Of a stretch of 64,000 bases of DNA, positions 1-9,932 are shown piece after piece. Origin of the DNA: Bacteroidales bacterium (GTDB taxonomy: Bacteria; Bacteroidota; Bacteroidia; Bacteroidales; FEN-979). Under the pieces are notes generated by a model, which was given only the letters and a program-made list of their open reading frames with translations, did not search any database and was not told where the DNA came from. The DNA lies in assembly GCA_017882335.1 (NCBI GenBank), contig JADGPR010000002.1, positions 28,917 to 92,916 of the forward strand, given 5' to 3'. Every line of letters begins with the position of its first letter. Within the stretch, counting starts at the first letter, position 1. Made by a program: the position numbers and the translations under genes.

Positions 1-79
1 TCTTTTCTTTCAGGACCTCTTCCAGGCGTTCTGCTTCAAATTCATTGTTAAGATCGAGTATCTTCTCAAACTGGTCCAT
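1..79 (-). CDS. hypothetical protein, N-terminal fragment (gene runs off left edge)
   Basis: The reverse complement of 1-79 starts with ATG (77-79) and reads MDQFEKILDLNNEFEAERLEEVLKEK with no stop before the window edge. It is too short to classify. Confidence 0.3.
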   Translation of the reverse strand, partial: MDQFEKILDLNNEFEAERLEEVLKEK

Positions 80-110
80 TTGTATAGTTATTTAGATTCA
101 AAGGTACATC

Positions 111-398
111 TTATTTTTTCTTTTTAGTCTTCGAATCTTTTATGCTATCGATCCTGGATTGATTGGGCCCATTGTTCCGGATCTCTGTTTTGTACCGGAG
201 CGCTGTATCCCTTCCCGGATTAACGGTGTTGGTTTGCTGGCTGCATATGGTATTCCCGGCGGCCGAATGGCTTTTCCCCGTGGTGTCCGGTTCATTACCT
301 GCAACACTTTTCCTCCTGGTACTTCCATCAGAACAGGAAAAGAACACTAAGCCTATCCAGAAGCAAAGAATAACGCTATTCAATAACAATCTTTTCAT
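111..398 (-). CDS. small hypothetical lipoprotein
   Basis: 95-aa ORF with a signal peptide plus lipobox (LVFFSC) and a low-complexity basic tail. Its start overlaps the end of the upstream gene by 23 nt. Confidence 0.4.
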   Translation of the reverse strand: MKRLLLNSVILCFWIGLVFFSCSDGSTRRKSVAGNEPDTTGKSHSAAGNTICSQQTNTVNPGRDTALRYKTEIRNNGPNQSRIDSIKDSKTKKKK

Positions 399-2253
399 TC
401 GCCAAGATTGTATTTTCGCATTTTACCTGCAGGAAATAAATCCCGTTCGAAAGCACACCTTTGTTAAAGGAAAACAAGTTCTTGCCTTCTTCTGCTTTAT
501 CTTTCAGAAGTAATTTCACCATCCTGCCAGCGCCATCGATAAGTGCGATTTCAACAACAGCGCTCTTTTCCATAGAAAACTCAAGCTTAAATATATCGGA
601 AGAGGGATTTGGGAATACCCTTGCCAATTTAGTTGACTGGGTTTTGCCAATCGGGATCCCCGTAGTTTCCCATGTTATCTGGCCAATCCAGGTATTCAGT
701 GCATTCTGGCTTGACTGGTAGGCTCCATAGGATCCGCTAAGCCATACTTCGGGAGGGGAACTGTTCTTCATGAGGCAAATACCAGTATAGTCGCCCCACC
801 GTGTAATGCCACCGTTCTGGTAAACATCCACATAGGTTTCGCCTCCTTTTACCAGAGTTGATCCGGAATTGGTCCCGGCATCATCAATGTAAAAAACCCG
901 TGTTTCAGGAAAGATTGTTGACCCGCTGCGTGAAAAGGTAACCAGTGCTGACTTATCCGATGAACTGGAACCAAAAGAAGCAACTGAAGGGTAACAATAA
1001 TCGTAACCATCGAGGCCGAAATTGATATTCCAGTTCGACAAGGGCGAAACAGTAAGACGGTTATAATTCACTCCGTTATAGTTGTTGGATCGTTCCGAAT
1101 GGAAAACAAACTGAACAATTCCATCCAGGTAAAATGCGCTCATCGCCCGGGTATCATCGGTATTCAGAACCACTGATGTACCGCTTTGCAAAGCATTACC
1201 GGCAAGACTGATACTTGCATCGAGCGCATAAGCATTTATTGTAGGCGTTCCGGTCAGATCATCAGTGAGGTCAAATAGATAGATCTTATCCGAAGACCCA
1301 TTTTCATAGGTGCTTACCAGGTAAATCCCCGGCCCGTAATTTCCTTGTTGCCCATAGGAGGCCGGAACCAGGGTAAACGGTGAGTTTGTTATATCATTCC
1401 AGTATCGATAGCTCATGGCTTGACCGCTGTACCCCGAAGCTTTGGTCATCTGGTAAATGACAGATTGATTGTATGTGCTGTTGTCTAAAAACAGGTTACC
1501 TGTAACATAAACCTCATTGTTGGATACCCCGATCTTTGGGTAATCAAACCAGCATCCGTTGTTGAGAGGGTTTCCCGTAATTTTGTAATACCACCATCCA
1601 TCGTTCGGGTTATTGGTTTTCGAGAAGCAACACACAACCTTTGAGGTTGCAGAAGCCGCTGTACTGAGCACAACCATAAAAAACCGGTCGTATCCCGGGT
1701 CATAAAGCACCGCCGGGTCATAGAGCATTCCCGTAAGGGCGGGATCATTAAAAAAATTCGTAAAGGAAGACGAATAAAGATTGTGTCCGCTCATGTCGTA
1801 ATACTGTAAGTTGGAATTAACCACCGAAACAATGTAGCCTCCGTTTGAGATCGCCATAGAATTATCCGGGGGAGTCATGCCCCCAAAAACATTCGCTGAA
1901 AAATTGGTCCCGAGCGTGGGGTTGCTTAAAGCAGATCCAGTTGACTCATCCGGGTAGAACCCTTTCTGGTTATTTATTTTACGTTGGGTCTTTTCGGCAA
2001 TTTCCCGCTGAACATTTTCCGGAAGCTCATGAATTTTGGCAAAACCTACCAGGTTTTGATTCCATTCGGGGAGGTTCCTGTTGAGGTTGGAGGATCTGAC
2101 ATCCTGAATTGTCATGATGTTCGATTTCTGAGGATTCAGGGGGACCTGGTATTTTTTTGCAGATTCAGTATCGACCCGCACTTTCTGGTATTGTGCCTGG
2201 GTTGCAGAAACCAGTAAAATCAATGCCAATGGAAGGTATTTAATTTTTTTCAT
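376..2253 (-). CDS. secreted protein of unknown function with T9SS type-A C-terminal sorting domain
   Basis: N-terminal signal peptide (LLVSATQAQ). The C-terminal ~80 aa (VFPNPSSDIFKLEF...GIYFLQVK...IVIE) matches the Por/T9SS CTD pattern. The body is beta-rich and Gly/Ser/Asn/Tyr-rich. Confidence 0.75.
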   Translation of the reverse strand: MKKIKYLPLALILLVSATQAQYQKVRVDTESAKKYQVPLNPQKSNIMTIQDVRSSNLNRNLPEWNQNLVGFAKIHELPENVQREIAEKTQRKINNQKGFYPDESTGSALSNPTLGTNFSANVFGGMTPPDNSMAISNGGYIVSVVNSNLQYYDMSGHNLYSSSFTNFFNDPALTGMLYDPAVLYDPGYDRFFMVVLSTAASATSKVVCCFSKTNNPNDGWWYYKITGNPLNNGCWFDYPKIGVSNNEVYVTGNLFLDNSTYNQSVIYQMTKASGYSGQAMSYRYWNDITNSPFTLVPASYGQQGNYGPGIYLVSTYENGSSDKIYLFDLTDDLTGTPTINAYALDASISLAGNALQSGTSVVLNTDDTRAMSAFYLDGIVQFVFHSERSNNYNGVNYNRLTVSPLSNWNINFGLDGYDYCYPSVASFGSSSSDKSALVTFSRSGSTIFPETRVFYIDDAGTNSGSTLVKGGETYVDVYQNGGITRWGDYTGICLMKNSSPPEVWLSGSYGAYQSSQNALNTWIGQITWETTGIPIGKTQSTKLARVFPNPSSDIFKLEFSMEKSAVVEIALIDGAGRMVKLLLKDKAEEGKNLFSFNKGVLSNGIYFLQVKCENTILANEKIVIE

Positions 2254-2379
2254 GGGTGCTTTTTTTAAGGTTGGACATGGATTAAATAAGAAGAATATTT
2301 TTCAAATATACTATCATATGAATAAAAAACAATACATAAATATGAATTTATGGTAAGAATGTATAACGTAAGAAGAATA

Positions 2380-3690
2380 TCAATAGCCTCTTCTGAGGAG
2401 GAGCAGCATGAAGAAGGCGCCTGTCATGAAGAAAATGCAGATGGCAAGTAATGAATAGCGCATACTCCCGGTGATGGCTTCAATGATGCCGAAACTAAAG
2501 GTACCCGCCACGGTGGCAAGTTTTTCCATCACATCATAGAAACTGAAGAAGGAAGTATGATCATTGGTATCCGGCAGCATCTTCGAATAGGTTGACCTGG
2601 CAAGTGACTGGGTGCCGCCCATCACGATCCCGATGCAGAACGCTGCAATGATAAATCCGATGGCGTCTTTGATGAAATAAGCGCCGATGCAGATAAAAAT
2701 CCATAGGATCAGCGAGGCAAGAAATGCTTTCAGGTTCCCGAATCGACCGGAGAGCCTTGCAAACAGCCATGAGCCGAACATTCCTACCAGCTGAATGAAA
2801 AGGATCGTCGGGATCAGGATATTGTCTTCCAACCCAAGTTCTTTCTTTCCATAGATGGCTGCCATAAACATCACTGTAAGCAAACCCATCATGACAAAGA
2901 AGAAACCAATCAAAAAATTCCTCAGGCGGAAAGATTTCCTGACTTGCCCGAAGACCATCCGGAGTTCCTTATATCCATTGGTGAGAACGGCGGCGCCTTG
3001 CATCCGCTTGCGTAAGGTATATTTCGGCAGGCGGGAAAATGTAATGCGGGAAAACCCGGTCCACCAGAGGAAGACCGTGAGAAACGAAATCCTTGCGGGA
3101 AGCGACGAACCTTCCGGTATGCCAAAAAAACCAGGTTTCAGTATCATGGTAAGGTTGAAAATCAGCAGTAGCACACTTCCGAAGTAACCCATGGAATATC
3201 CCCGCGCACTGATCTTGTCCTGGTCAACGGGATCGGCAATCACAGGCAAGAAGGAGTTGTAAAAGACGATGCTTCCTCCGTAACCGATCGTCCCAATCGT
3301 AAACGCAAGAATTCCAAATTCGATATTGTGTCCGTTAAAGAAAAACAAGGATCCGCAAGCCACGGCGCCGATCCAGGTAAAAGCCATCATGAATGCTTTT
3401 CTTCTTCCCGTATAATCGGCCATCGAGGAAAACAAAGGAGATCCGATCGCCACAAAAAGGTAGGCTGCAGCTATAGCCCAGGAATAAAGGACTGTGTTGA
3501 TCACATGCACGCCGAAAAAGCTTACTGTAAAATCACTTCCATGGCGCGTAACCGTATTATAATAGGCCGGGAAAATGGCGGAGGCAATGGTAAGCTGGTA
3601 AACCGAATTGGCCCAATCGTACATGACCCATCCACGGATTACCCGTCGATCGCCCTTCTGAATTACCTGGACATCTTTACGTTGTAACAA
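2380..3690 (-). CDS. MFS transporter, UMF1/Atg22-like family
   Basis: About 12 predicted TM segments. The N-terminal GWVMYDWANSVYQ motif is typical of the UMF1/Atg22 family. Confidence 0.75.
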   Translation of the reverse strand: MLQRKDVQVIQKGDRRVIRGWVMYDWANSVYQLTIASAIFPAYYNTVTRHGSDFTVSFFGVHVINTVLYSWAIAAAYLFVAIGSPLFSSMADYTGRRKAFMMAFTWIGAVACGSLFFFNGHNIEFGILAFTIGTIGYGGSIVFYNSFLPVIADPVDQDKISARGYSMGYFGSVLLLIFNLTMILKPGFFGIPEGSSLPARISFLTVFLWWTGFSRITFSRLPKYTLRKRMQGAAVLTNGYKELRMVFGQVRKSFRLRNFLIGFFFVMMGLLTVMFMAAIYGKKELGLEDNILIPTILFIQLVGMFGSWLFARLSGRFGNLKAFLASLILWIFICIGAYFIKDAIGFIIAAFCIGIVMGGTQSLARSTYSKMLPDTNDHTSFFSFYDVMEKLATVAGTFSFGIIEAITGSMRYSLLAICIFFMTGAFFMLLLLRRGY

Positions 3691-3746
3691 AGGATCTGCC
3701 TTACCTGGTAAAATGCGAAAATAAACAAATTGTAAACAGATGTTTC

Positions 3747-3754
3747 TAAATTTG
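3747..3754 (+). promoter_or_regulatory. candidate Bacteroidota -7 box (TAAATTTG)
   Basis: Matches TAnnTTTG 47 nt upstream of the ATG at 3801. Confidence 0.4.
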
Positions 3755-3800
3755 CGGAATATTGAACATATTTATAGTTTTATCCATCAAACCTATAAAG

Positions 3801-5165
3801 ATGAACCTTCGCTTCCTCTTTTTCCTGGCCGCCGTTTTCTTCATCTTCTCTTCCTTTCTCCATGCTGAAAATTCTGCCGATTCGGTAAAATCAGACACCA
3901 AAAAAGAGAAGGTCAAAACCGGGTGGAACTTCGGGGGGTTACCGATCCTGGGCTACGACTCCGACATGGGATTCCAATATGGTGCTTTGGCAAACATCTA
4001 TTACTATGGCGATGGTTCCACCTATCCGCAGTATTTTCATTCTTTTTATTTTGAGGTTTCCCGTTACACAAAAGGCACCGGGATCAACCAGTTCTTTTTC
4101 GACTCAAAAAAACTTATTCCCAAGGTCCGGGTCACGGCCGATATAACCTACCTTACCGAGAAGGACCTTAATTTTTATGGATTTAACGGTTATGAATCGG
4201 TTTATTATCATCCCTGGGAAAACGATAAAGAGGACTCATCGGTTTACAAAACCCGCATGTTTTATCGTTACCAGCGCGACCTGCTGCGGATCGGGGCCGA
4301 TTTCCAGGGGAAGTTTTTTCATAAAAACCTGTTGTGGCTGGCAGGATTCACCTACCTGCAGATCCATACCGGACCTGTGAATGTCGACAACCTGAACAAG
4401 GGTGTAAAGGAAAGCAAGAAATTACCGCATGTTCCAGGGCTGTTTGATGAATATGAAAAATGGGGAATCCTGGGCGAGGATTCAACCGGTGGCATGAACA
4501 ATTTCTTCAAGCTCGGACTGGTGTATGATACCCGCGACAATGAGCCCAATCCCATGCATGGCATCTGGACCGAGGCGATAATCGTGGTTGCACCGGGCTT
4601 TATCGGCGACGGCCATTACAGCTTTGTAAAGCTATCATTCATTCACCGGCAGTACTTCACGCTTGCCAAAGAGGACCTGTCATTTGCTTACCGCATTGGA
4701 TACCAGGGCACCATTGCCGGAACGGCTCCTTTTTATGTCCAGAGTTACATGCTCAATTCATTTTCACAAACAACAACCATCGACGGGCTCGGGGGGTCGC
4801 GTACCTTACGGGGGATTCTACGGAACCGTGTTGTGGGAGATGGCGTAGTTTATGGTAATGCCGAATTCCGCTGGAAGTTTGTTCGTTTCCGTTGGATCAA
4901 ACAAAATTTCTATCTTGCCCTGAATGCCTTTGCCGATGCAGGAATGGTGGTACAACCGACCACCATAAACAAGAGTGGGATCCCTGCCGGTGTGGATCAG
5001 GCGCTTTACTTCAGCAGCGATAAGGAATCCCCACACCTGGCTTTAGGAGGTGGGTTCCGCATCGTGATGAACCAGAACTTTATCATCTGTGCCGATTACG
5101 GGCAGGCATTGGATAAAAGAGACGGATCGAACGGGATCTATGTAGGGTTGGGGTACCTGTTCTAA
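3801..5165 (+). CDS. Omp85/BamA-family outer-membrane beta-barrel protein (surface antigen D15-like)
   Basis: Signal peptide from the ATG at 3801 (MNLRFLFFLAAVFFIFSSFLHA). DTRDNEPNPxxG motif, alternating beta-strand pattern and a C-terminal ...GLGYLF. The ORF-track start at 3762 is a TTG and less likely. Confidence 0.65.
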   Translation: MNLRFLFFLAAVFFIFSSFLHAENSADSVKSDTKKEKVKTGWNFGGLPILGYDSDMGFQYGALANIYYYGDGSTYPQYFHSFYFEVSRYTKGTGINQFFFDSKKLIPKVRVTADITYLTEKDLNFYGFNGYESVYYHPWENDKEDSSVYKTRMFYRYQRDLLRIGADFQGKFFHKNLLWLAGFTYLQIHTGPVNVDNLNKGVKESKKLPHVPGLFDEYEKWGILGEDSTGGMNNFFKLGLVYDTRDNEPNPMHGIWTEAIIVVAPGFIGDGHYSFVKLSFIHRQYFTLAKEDLSFAYRIGYQGTIAGTAPFYVQSYMLNSFSQTTTIDGLGGSRTLRGILRNRVVGDGVVYGNAEFRWKFVRFRWIKQNFYLALNAFADAGMVVQPTTINKSGIPAGVDQALYFSSDKESPHLALGGGFRIVMNQNFIICADYGQALDKRDGSNGIYVGLGYLF

Positions 5166-5237
5166 AAAAAAGATTTAATTATTAACTACGACATACGATT
5201 AGAAGAAATATAACTGGTTAATCCTTACAATCCGGAA

Positions 5238-6596
5238 ATGCAAAAGACGAAAATCCCTTACATTCTGAATGGTACCCTTTTCCTCGTGACTCTTTTTCTG
5301 AGCCTTATCACAGATTGGAACCCGCCGCGATGGACTGGCTTTGGTGATTCCCATGACTACCTACAACAATCCGCGATCCCGCTGAACAGCCGTGAATTTT
5401 ATGCCCCGCATCAGCGTGACTTCTCCCCCAGGGCATTTACCGTTCCTCTTTTCTATAAGTTGGCCGGCAGCAAGCCAGAAGTGATCATTCAAATGCAGAA
5501 GTTTATTCATTCACTGGCAACGTTGTTTCTCGCCTATGCATTGCTACTGATCATTAACCGGATATGGATACGTTACCTGATGCTGTTCAGCGTCTATCTC
5601 CTGATGTCGTGGTGGAATATCCTCGGATGGGCATCCCAGTTGCTTTCCGAATCGTTGTCGATGTCACTGCTTCTTTGCTGGATCGCATCTTTTCTTTTAG
5701 TGTGGAAGAAGAAAAACCTGCTTTTCATCATGCTTCATATCCTGATAACAATACTTTTCTCTTTTACCCGCGATACCTGGCCCTACATCATCATTTTGTT
5801 TTACTTTCTGATCACTGTTTTCACGGTATTCTCCCAAAGATCATTTTTCCCGAAGGCATTCTTCCTGCTTACCTGTTCTGTGATCCTGTTCTTTGCCCAG
5901 CTAAATACCGCTCGGGTGGGCCATCGGCACCGGTTTCCGCTCATGAATTCTATTGCAGTAAGGATCCTTTCCAACGCTGATTATACAGCCTGGTTTCAAG
6001 TCCGTGGAATGCCGGATATAAAAATTCTTCATTCCGTCTACCGCCGGGTGGATGTTACCCTGGACAGTGACCGACATAAGATCTGGAATTTATATTGGAA
6101 TGATAACCATAAGGGTTTCAGCGATTGGACGATAGACAAGGGGAGGAAGGAGTACATGAAATTTATATTGTCTCATCCTTCTTATTTTTTTCTTTTTCAT
6201 GAAACCAAACAACAGATTCAGAGGATCTTTGCTTATAACCTGGATTATACACCTGATATCAGAGGCTACAGCCGTCTGACTGAACCTCTCTTTCCGCTTT
6301 TCGGGATCACGTCCGTATCTGTGTTCTGCGTCTTGTTGATTATTCTTTTTTTCAGGAAGCGGGATCCCATTCTTCTCTTCCCGGTATTGCTTTGGCTGAT
6401 CTTTATCGCCAATGTGTTTCTTTCCTATAATGCAGATGCCATGGAAGTGGAACGTCATCTTTTCATTACGATGATCGCAATACAGCTGATCGGGTTTATC
6501 TCGCTGGCATTGATCCTGGATCATGTAAACACGCAATCCCCGTCGCCATCTTGGAAAGCAAGTTCGGGGAGATCAAGTGTTTTGGGAATGAAATAA
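5238..6596 (+). CDS. polytopic inner-membrane protein, function unknown
   Basis: 452-aa ORF with at least 9 hydrophobic helices. The last ~25 codons overlap the convergent GNAT gene. Confidence 0.55.
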   Translation: MQKTKIPYILNGTLFLVTLFLSLITDWNPPRWTGFGDSHDYLQQSAIPLNSREFYAPHQRDFSPRAFTVPLFYKLAGSKPEVIIQMQKFIHSLATLFLAYALLLIINRIWIRYLMLFSVYLLMSWWNILGWASQLLSESLSMSLLLCWIASFLLVWKKKNLLFIMLHILITILFSFTRDTWPYIIILFYFLITVFTVFSQRSFFPKAFFLLTCSVILFFAQLNTARVGHRHRFPLMNSIAVRILSNADYTAWFQVRGMPDIKILHSVYRRVDVTLDSDRHKIWNLYWNDNHKGFSDWTIDKGRKEYMKFILSHPSYFFLFHETKQQIQRIFAYNLDYTPDIRGYSRLTEPLFPLFGITSVSVFCVLLIILFFRKRDPILLFPVLLWLIFIANVFLSYNADAMEVERHLFITMIAIQLIGFISLALILDHVNTQSPSPSWKASSGRSSVLGMK

Positions 6597-7612
6597 GGGC
6601 GGATGATCTTTTTCTTAAAAAGAAATGGGGACTTTGTTTTCCTGATCACTTCCGATAGTTCTGGGTGAAATACCGTAATCATGTTCAGCTGGTAATCGAG
6701 CATGGTATTGAATAAAAATCTGACCAGGGATGATTCCATTCCTTTTATAAAAAATGCATAAGGAACAGTGAGATGATTGTTCCGGATCGATAACATGAGA
6801 AAAGCGACAACATTGCCAGTTTCATCATGGAATTCCACATTCTGGTAAAAAAACCGTTTTGAAACCGAGGAAAAATAGTACCGCCGGCTATCAGCATCTT
6901 CCTTCTGCTCCAATATCCAGGGATATCTGTTGATCCATTCCAGTTCCGGTTTTCCTCTTTTTATAAGATAAGACTGGTTACAGTTGTTGATCAATTCTTC
7001 GGCTTCAGGACTGATTTCTTCGACATACTCATAATGAAGGCCGGGATCCGGTTTATAGTCTGGGTAAAAAACCAGCCGTATTGCATTGACAAGGTTTAAA
7101 ATAAAATCAAAGGCTTGAAGAATCGGTTTGATCCGGGCAAAAACACCTCCCTTCGGCGGCAGGATCTCCGCCAGGCAGAATCGGAGATAGCCGCGGATTC
7201 CAACTCTGGTGACAGGAGAATGAAAGTATCCCATCCGTTCATAAATCTTGAGGGTTCCCGGCTTCATATTCGTGATCATGGCAGTGTTGTCCCATTTCTG
7301 CATCGCTAAATCAAAAAGTTGCTTGGATATATTCTTCCCGCGGAATCTGGGATCGATCCAGAAACACGACAACCAGCTTATCCGCTTCCATTCTCCATTG
7401 TAGAACATCTTTTCCGGCAAAGCGCCGAGGTACCCTGCAACTTCACCATCTTCAAAGGCGACAAACAGGATCTTGTCGGAAGCAGCCGCGCGCGGATTAT
7501 AGGCATAGGAAAGCGCCCGGTGTTTTGAGATCGGGATATTTTTCAGCTTTGAAAAAAACTCCGAAGAAACAAATTCAAGAATGGTTCCGGTGGTGTAAGA
7601 TTTGATCTCCAT
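6521..7612 (-). CDS. GNAT-family N-acetyltransferase with extra C-terminal domain
   Basis: Acetyl-CoA binding motif region WIDPRFRGKNISKQLFDLA...YERMGYF (R-x-x-G-x-N/A pattern). Confidence 0.6.
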   Translation of the reverse strand: MEIKSYTTGTILEFVSSEFFSKLKNIPISKHRALSYAYNPRAAASDKILFVAFEDGEVAGYLGALPEKMFYNGEWKRISWLSCFWIDPRFRGKNISKQLFDLAMQKWDNTAMITNMKPGTLKIYERMGYFHSPVTRVGIRGYLRFCLAEILPPKGGVFARIKPILQAFDFILNLVNAIRLVFYPDYKPDPGLHYEYVEEISPEAEELINNCNQSYLIKRGKPELEWINRYPWILEQKEDADSRRYYFSSVSKRFFYQNVEFHDETGNVVAFLMLSIRNNHLTVPYAFFIKGMESSLVRFLFNTMLDYQLNMITVFHPELSEVIRKTKSPFLFKKKIIRPYFIPKTLDLPELAFQDGDGDCVFT

Positions 7613-7615
7613 CCG

Positions 7616-8665
7616 CTAGCGCATGATCATATTTTTTCCAAAGATAGATTTAATCATATAATAAAGATATTCCGTTCCCAGGATCTGTTTTGCATTCAGG
7701 GAAGATCCTTCAAACGGGATCCGCTGGATATTTCCCGGGATGAAATCCTGCTTTAGCCCGGCACCTCCAAACGTCAGGTCAGCAATGGGTCGTAAAGGAT
7801 CGAAAACCGCATCAAAAAAGGATTTCTTTACGCCGTGATCAGTGAATGGAAAGGAGAACAATTTTTCCTTTACCCCGTATTTTTCGCTTATCACCTGGAT
7901 GCTCTCAGCTGTTTGTCGGATTTGCTCTTCTTCCGCCAGAAACCGGTATTCTGGATGATCGATGCTGTGAGCGCCAAAAGTAAACCCTTGTTGAATGAGG
8001 GAACGAACCTGGTACGAGTTAAGGTAAGGGCGATGGTTTTGCAGGAATTCATCAAAATGAACATCCAACTGTAACGCCAATTCATCCAGAAGGTGCTTGT
8101 CTGCATAAGAAATCCCGAGCAAGCCATGGTAATCGGGAGTAAAAGGAAGATGATTTTTCCCGAACCATTTTCCCAGGGATTTTTGTTTGTCTGCAAGATC
8201 ATTCCCCTTTTGAAGTCTTTCGATCAGCAAGCTTGCCTTGTAACGGTAAAACAAGTTGGTGTTGTCAATAAATCCTGAATTCAGGAAACATATTGCCGGG
8301 ATACCTTTTTGGCGAAGAATGGGCGCGGCCACATCATGGAACTCACGCAAGCCGTCATCGAATGACAGGATAAAACTGTTACCGGGCAGAGGCCGGGCGC
8401 TCTTGACAGAATCCAGAAAGTCGGTAATCCCGATGGGATTATAATGTTTAAGGAAAAAGTCAAGATCATGGATGAATTCCTTTGTCGTCCTTACCGAATA
8501 AAGATGCTTCACATGGGGAATGTCTTCATCGGAAACAAGATGATAAAATGGGAAAATGATTCTTTTTCCCGTGATCCGTATCATTCCGTTCAATGGCAGG
8601 AATTGTGCCAGGGAAGGCAGCAGACGGAAGGCGATGGAACGGGGTGTATTCAATGATTGTTTCAT
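7616..8665 (-). CDS. polysaccharide deacetylase family protein
   Basis: NodB-type motifs SFDDGLREF and GAHSIDHPEY. Confidence 0.8.
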   Translation of the reverse strand: MKQSLNTPRSIAFRLLPSLAQFLPLNGMIRITGKRIIFPFYHLVSDEDIPHVKHLYSVRTTKEFIHDLDFFLKHYNPIGITDFLDSVKSARPLPGNSFILSFDDGLREFHDVAAPILRQKGIPAICFLNSGFIDNTNLFYRYKASLLIERLQKGNDLADKQKSLGKWFGKNHLPFTPDYHGLLGISYADKHLLDELALQLDVHFDEFLQNHRPYLNSYQVRSLIQQGFTFGAHSIDHPEYRFLAEEEQIRQTAESIQVISEKYGVKEKLFSFPFTDHGVKKSFFDAVFDPLRPIADLTFGGAGLKQDFIPGNIQRIPFEGSSLNAKQILGTEYLYYMIKSIFGKNMIMR

Positions 8666-8729
8666 TTCGCTACTTCGCTATTTCATTACTCATCAACTCG
8701 CCAACTCACCAGCTCGCAAACTCGCCAGC
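8666..8729. repeat. eight phase-locked degenerate 8-nt tandem units
   Basis: TTCGCTAC TTCGCTAT TTCATTAC TCATCAAC TCGCCAAC TCACCAGC TCGCAAAC TCGCCAGC. The block begins one base after the deacetylase start codon and contains the stop of the upstream gene. Confidence 0.85.
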
Positions 8730-9775
8730 TTCTTTACTCCTGGACAAAGGTTGCTATCCTCGTACCACCTGCATTTCGGTTTGCACGACAGACAAAGATT
8801 GATCAGTTCGTTGTTTTTAACATGGTTTGCCCAGGAAGGATCGGCCATCTGGGGGCGTGCCAGAGCAACGAAATCGGCCTTGTTATATTCAATTAACCAG
8901 GAAGCCCGCTCCGGTGTTTTAATCTCATTGACCGTGATAATGGGTATTTTTACATGGGTTTTGATCACCGTTCCGCTGTAAACAATCCAGTTGAATTCAA
9001 AATCTTTGGGTGTCCTGGGAAGATTCAACAGGCTGCCGCCGTGGGAAACGTGAAGAATATCTATACCCAATGATTCCAGGTATTCTGCGATCTCAATTCC
9101 ATCTTCCAATGTGGGAGCATTAGCCCCCAGCCTGTAATCGATAATGAAGGGTTCCCCGCATACAGCCCGGATCCCTTTGATGACTTCGGTTGCAAGTTTC
9201 ATTCTTCCTGCAAAATCGCCCCCATATTCATCTTCCCGTTTATTAAAGAAAGAGGATGCAAACTGGCTCAGCAGGTAGCCGTGGGCGCCATGCAGTTCGA
9301 TGCCGTCAAATCCTGCTTTCTTCGCACGCAGGGCACCGGCAATAAATGCATCCCGGATCACAAGGATCTCATCAACAGAAAGGCCGCGGGAACCTGGTTT
9401 TTTCTCATCCGGGGATGGACCTCCGGGGAAAGCCGTTACCGATTCAGGGGAGATCAGTCCTGCATGATGGATCTGTATCAGGGAAAGAACTTCGTTTTTC
9501 TTGACCGTTTCCGCGATGCGGCTGAGACCTGCAATGTGTTCATCCGACCAGATCCCCAGCTGAAACGGGCCAAGCCGGCCATCCTTCCATACTGCCGTTG
9601 CTTCGGTGATGATGATCCCCGGCCCGCCTTCCGCACGGGCCGTGTAATGCTCAACATTCCTATCTACAACAATACCATCGCTTCCAGCATACCCAAAACA
9701 AACCACCGGAGGAAATACGATACGGTTTTTTATTGTATGGTTTTTAAGCTTATATTCCGAGAATAAGTTTGGCAT
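8693..9775 (-). CDS. NADH:flavin oxidoreductase, Old Yellow Enzyme family, with C-terminal Cys cluster
   Basis: HGAHGYLLSQFASSFFNKREDEYGG OYE signature and C-terminal CLSCKPKCRWYEDSNLCPG. The last ~13 aa are encoded by the tandem repeat. Confidence 0.85.
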   Translation of the reverse strand: MPNLFSEYKLKNHTIKNRIVFPPVVCFGYAGSDGIVVDRNVEHYTARAEGGPGIIITEATAVWKDGRLGPFQLGIWSDEHIAGLSRIAETVKKNEVLSLIQIHHAGLISPESVTAFPGGPSPDEKKPGSRGLSVDEILVIRDAFIAGALRAKKAGFDGIELHGAHGYLLSQFASSFFNKREDEYGGDFAGRMKLATEVIKGIRAVCGEPFIIDYRLGANAPTLEDGIEIAEYLESLGIDILHVSHGGSLLNLPRTPKDFEFNWIVYSGTVIKTHVKIPIITVNEIKTPERASWLIEYNKADFVALARPQMADPSWANHVKNNELINLCLSCKPKCRWYEDSNLCPGVKKLASLRAGELAS

Positions 9776-9820
9776 GGAAGTTCGGGATTGGTTAGTGGAA
9801 GCAAAGGTAAGAATTTGGCT

Positions 9821-9850
9821 GATGCTGGATGCTGGATGCTGGATGCTGGA
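9821..9850. repeat. GATGCTG x4 tandem repeat
   Basis: Four perfect heptamers in the divergent spacer between the OYE gene and rbfA. The same word recurs at 27251-27275 and, reverse-complemented, at 28267-28292. Confidence 0.9.
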
Positions 9851-9883
9851 AAATTGATAATTTTCTGACTTCCGACCTCAGCC

Positions 9884-9918
9884 CTCCTTTCTCCATCCTC
9901 CATCTTCTATTCTCAATA
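9884..9918. repeat. degenerate 7-nt tandem block (CTCCTTT CTCCATC CTCCATC TTCTATT CTCAATA)
   Basis: Read directly. It is preceded at 9865-9881 by CTGACTTCCGACCTCAG, a word shared with the 44291-44342 repeat arm. Confidence 0.7.
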
Positions 9919-9924
9919 ATTCTC

Positions 9925-9932
9925 TACCTTTG
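9925..9932 (+). promoter_or_regulatory. candidate -7 box (TACCTTTG) for rbfA
   Basis: TAnnTTTG match only 4 nt upstream of the rbfA ATG, which implies a leaderless or near-leaderless mRNA. Confidence 0.35.
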
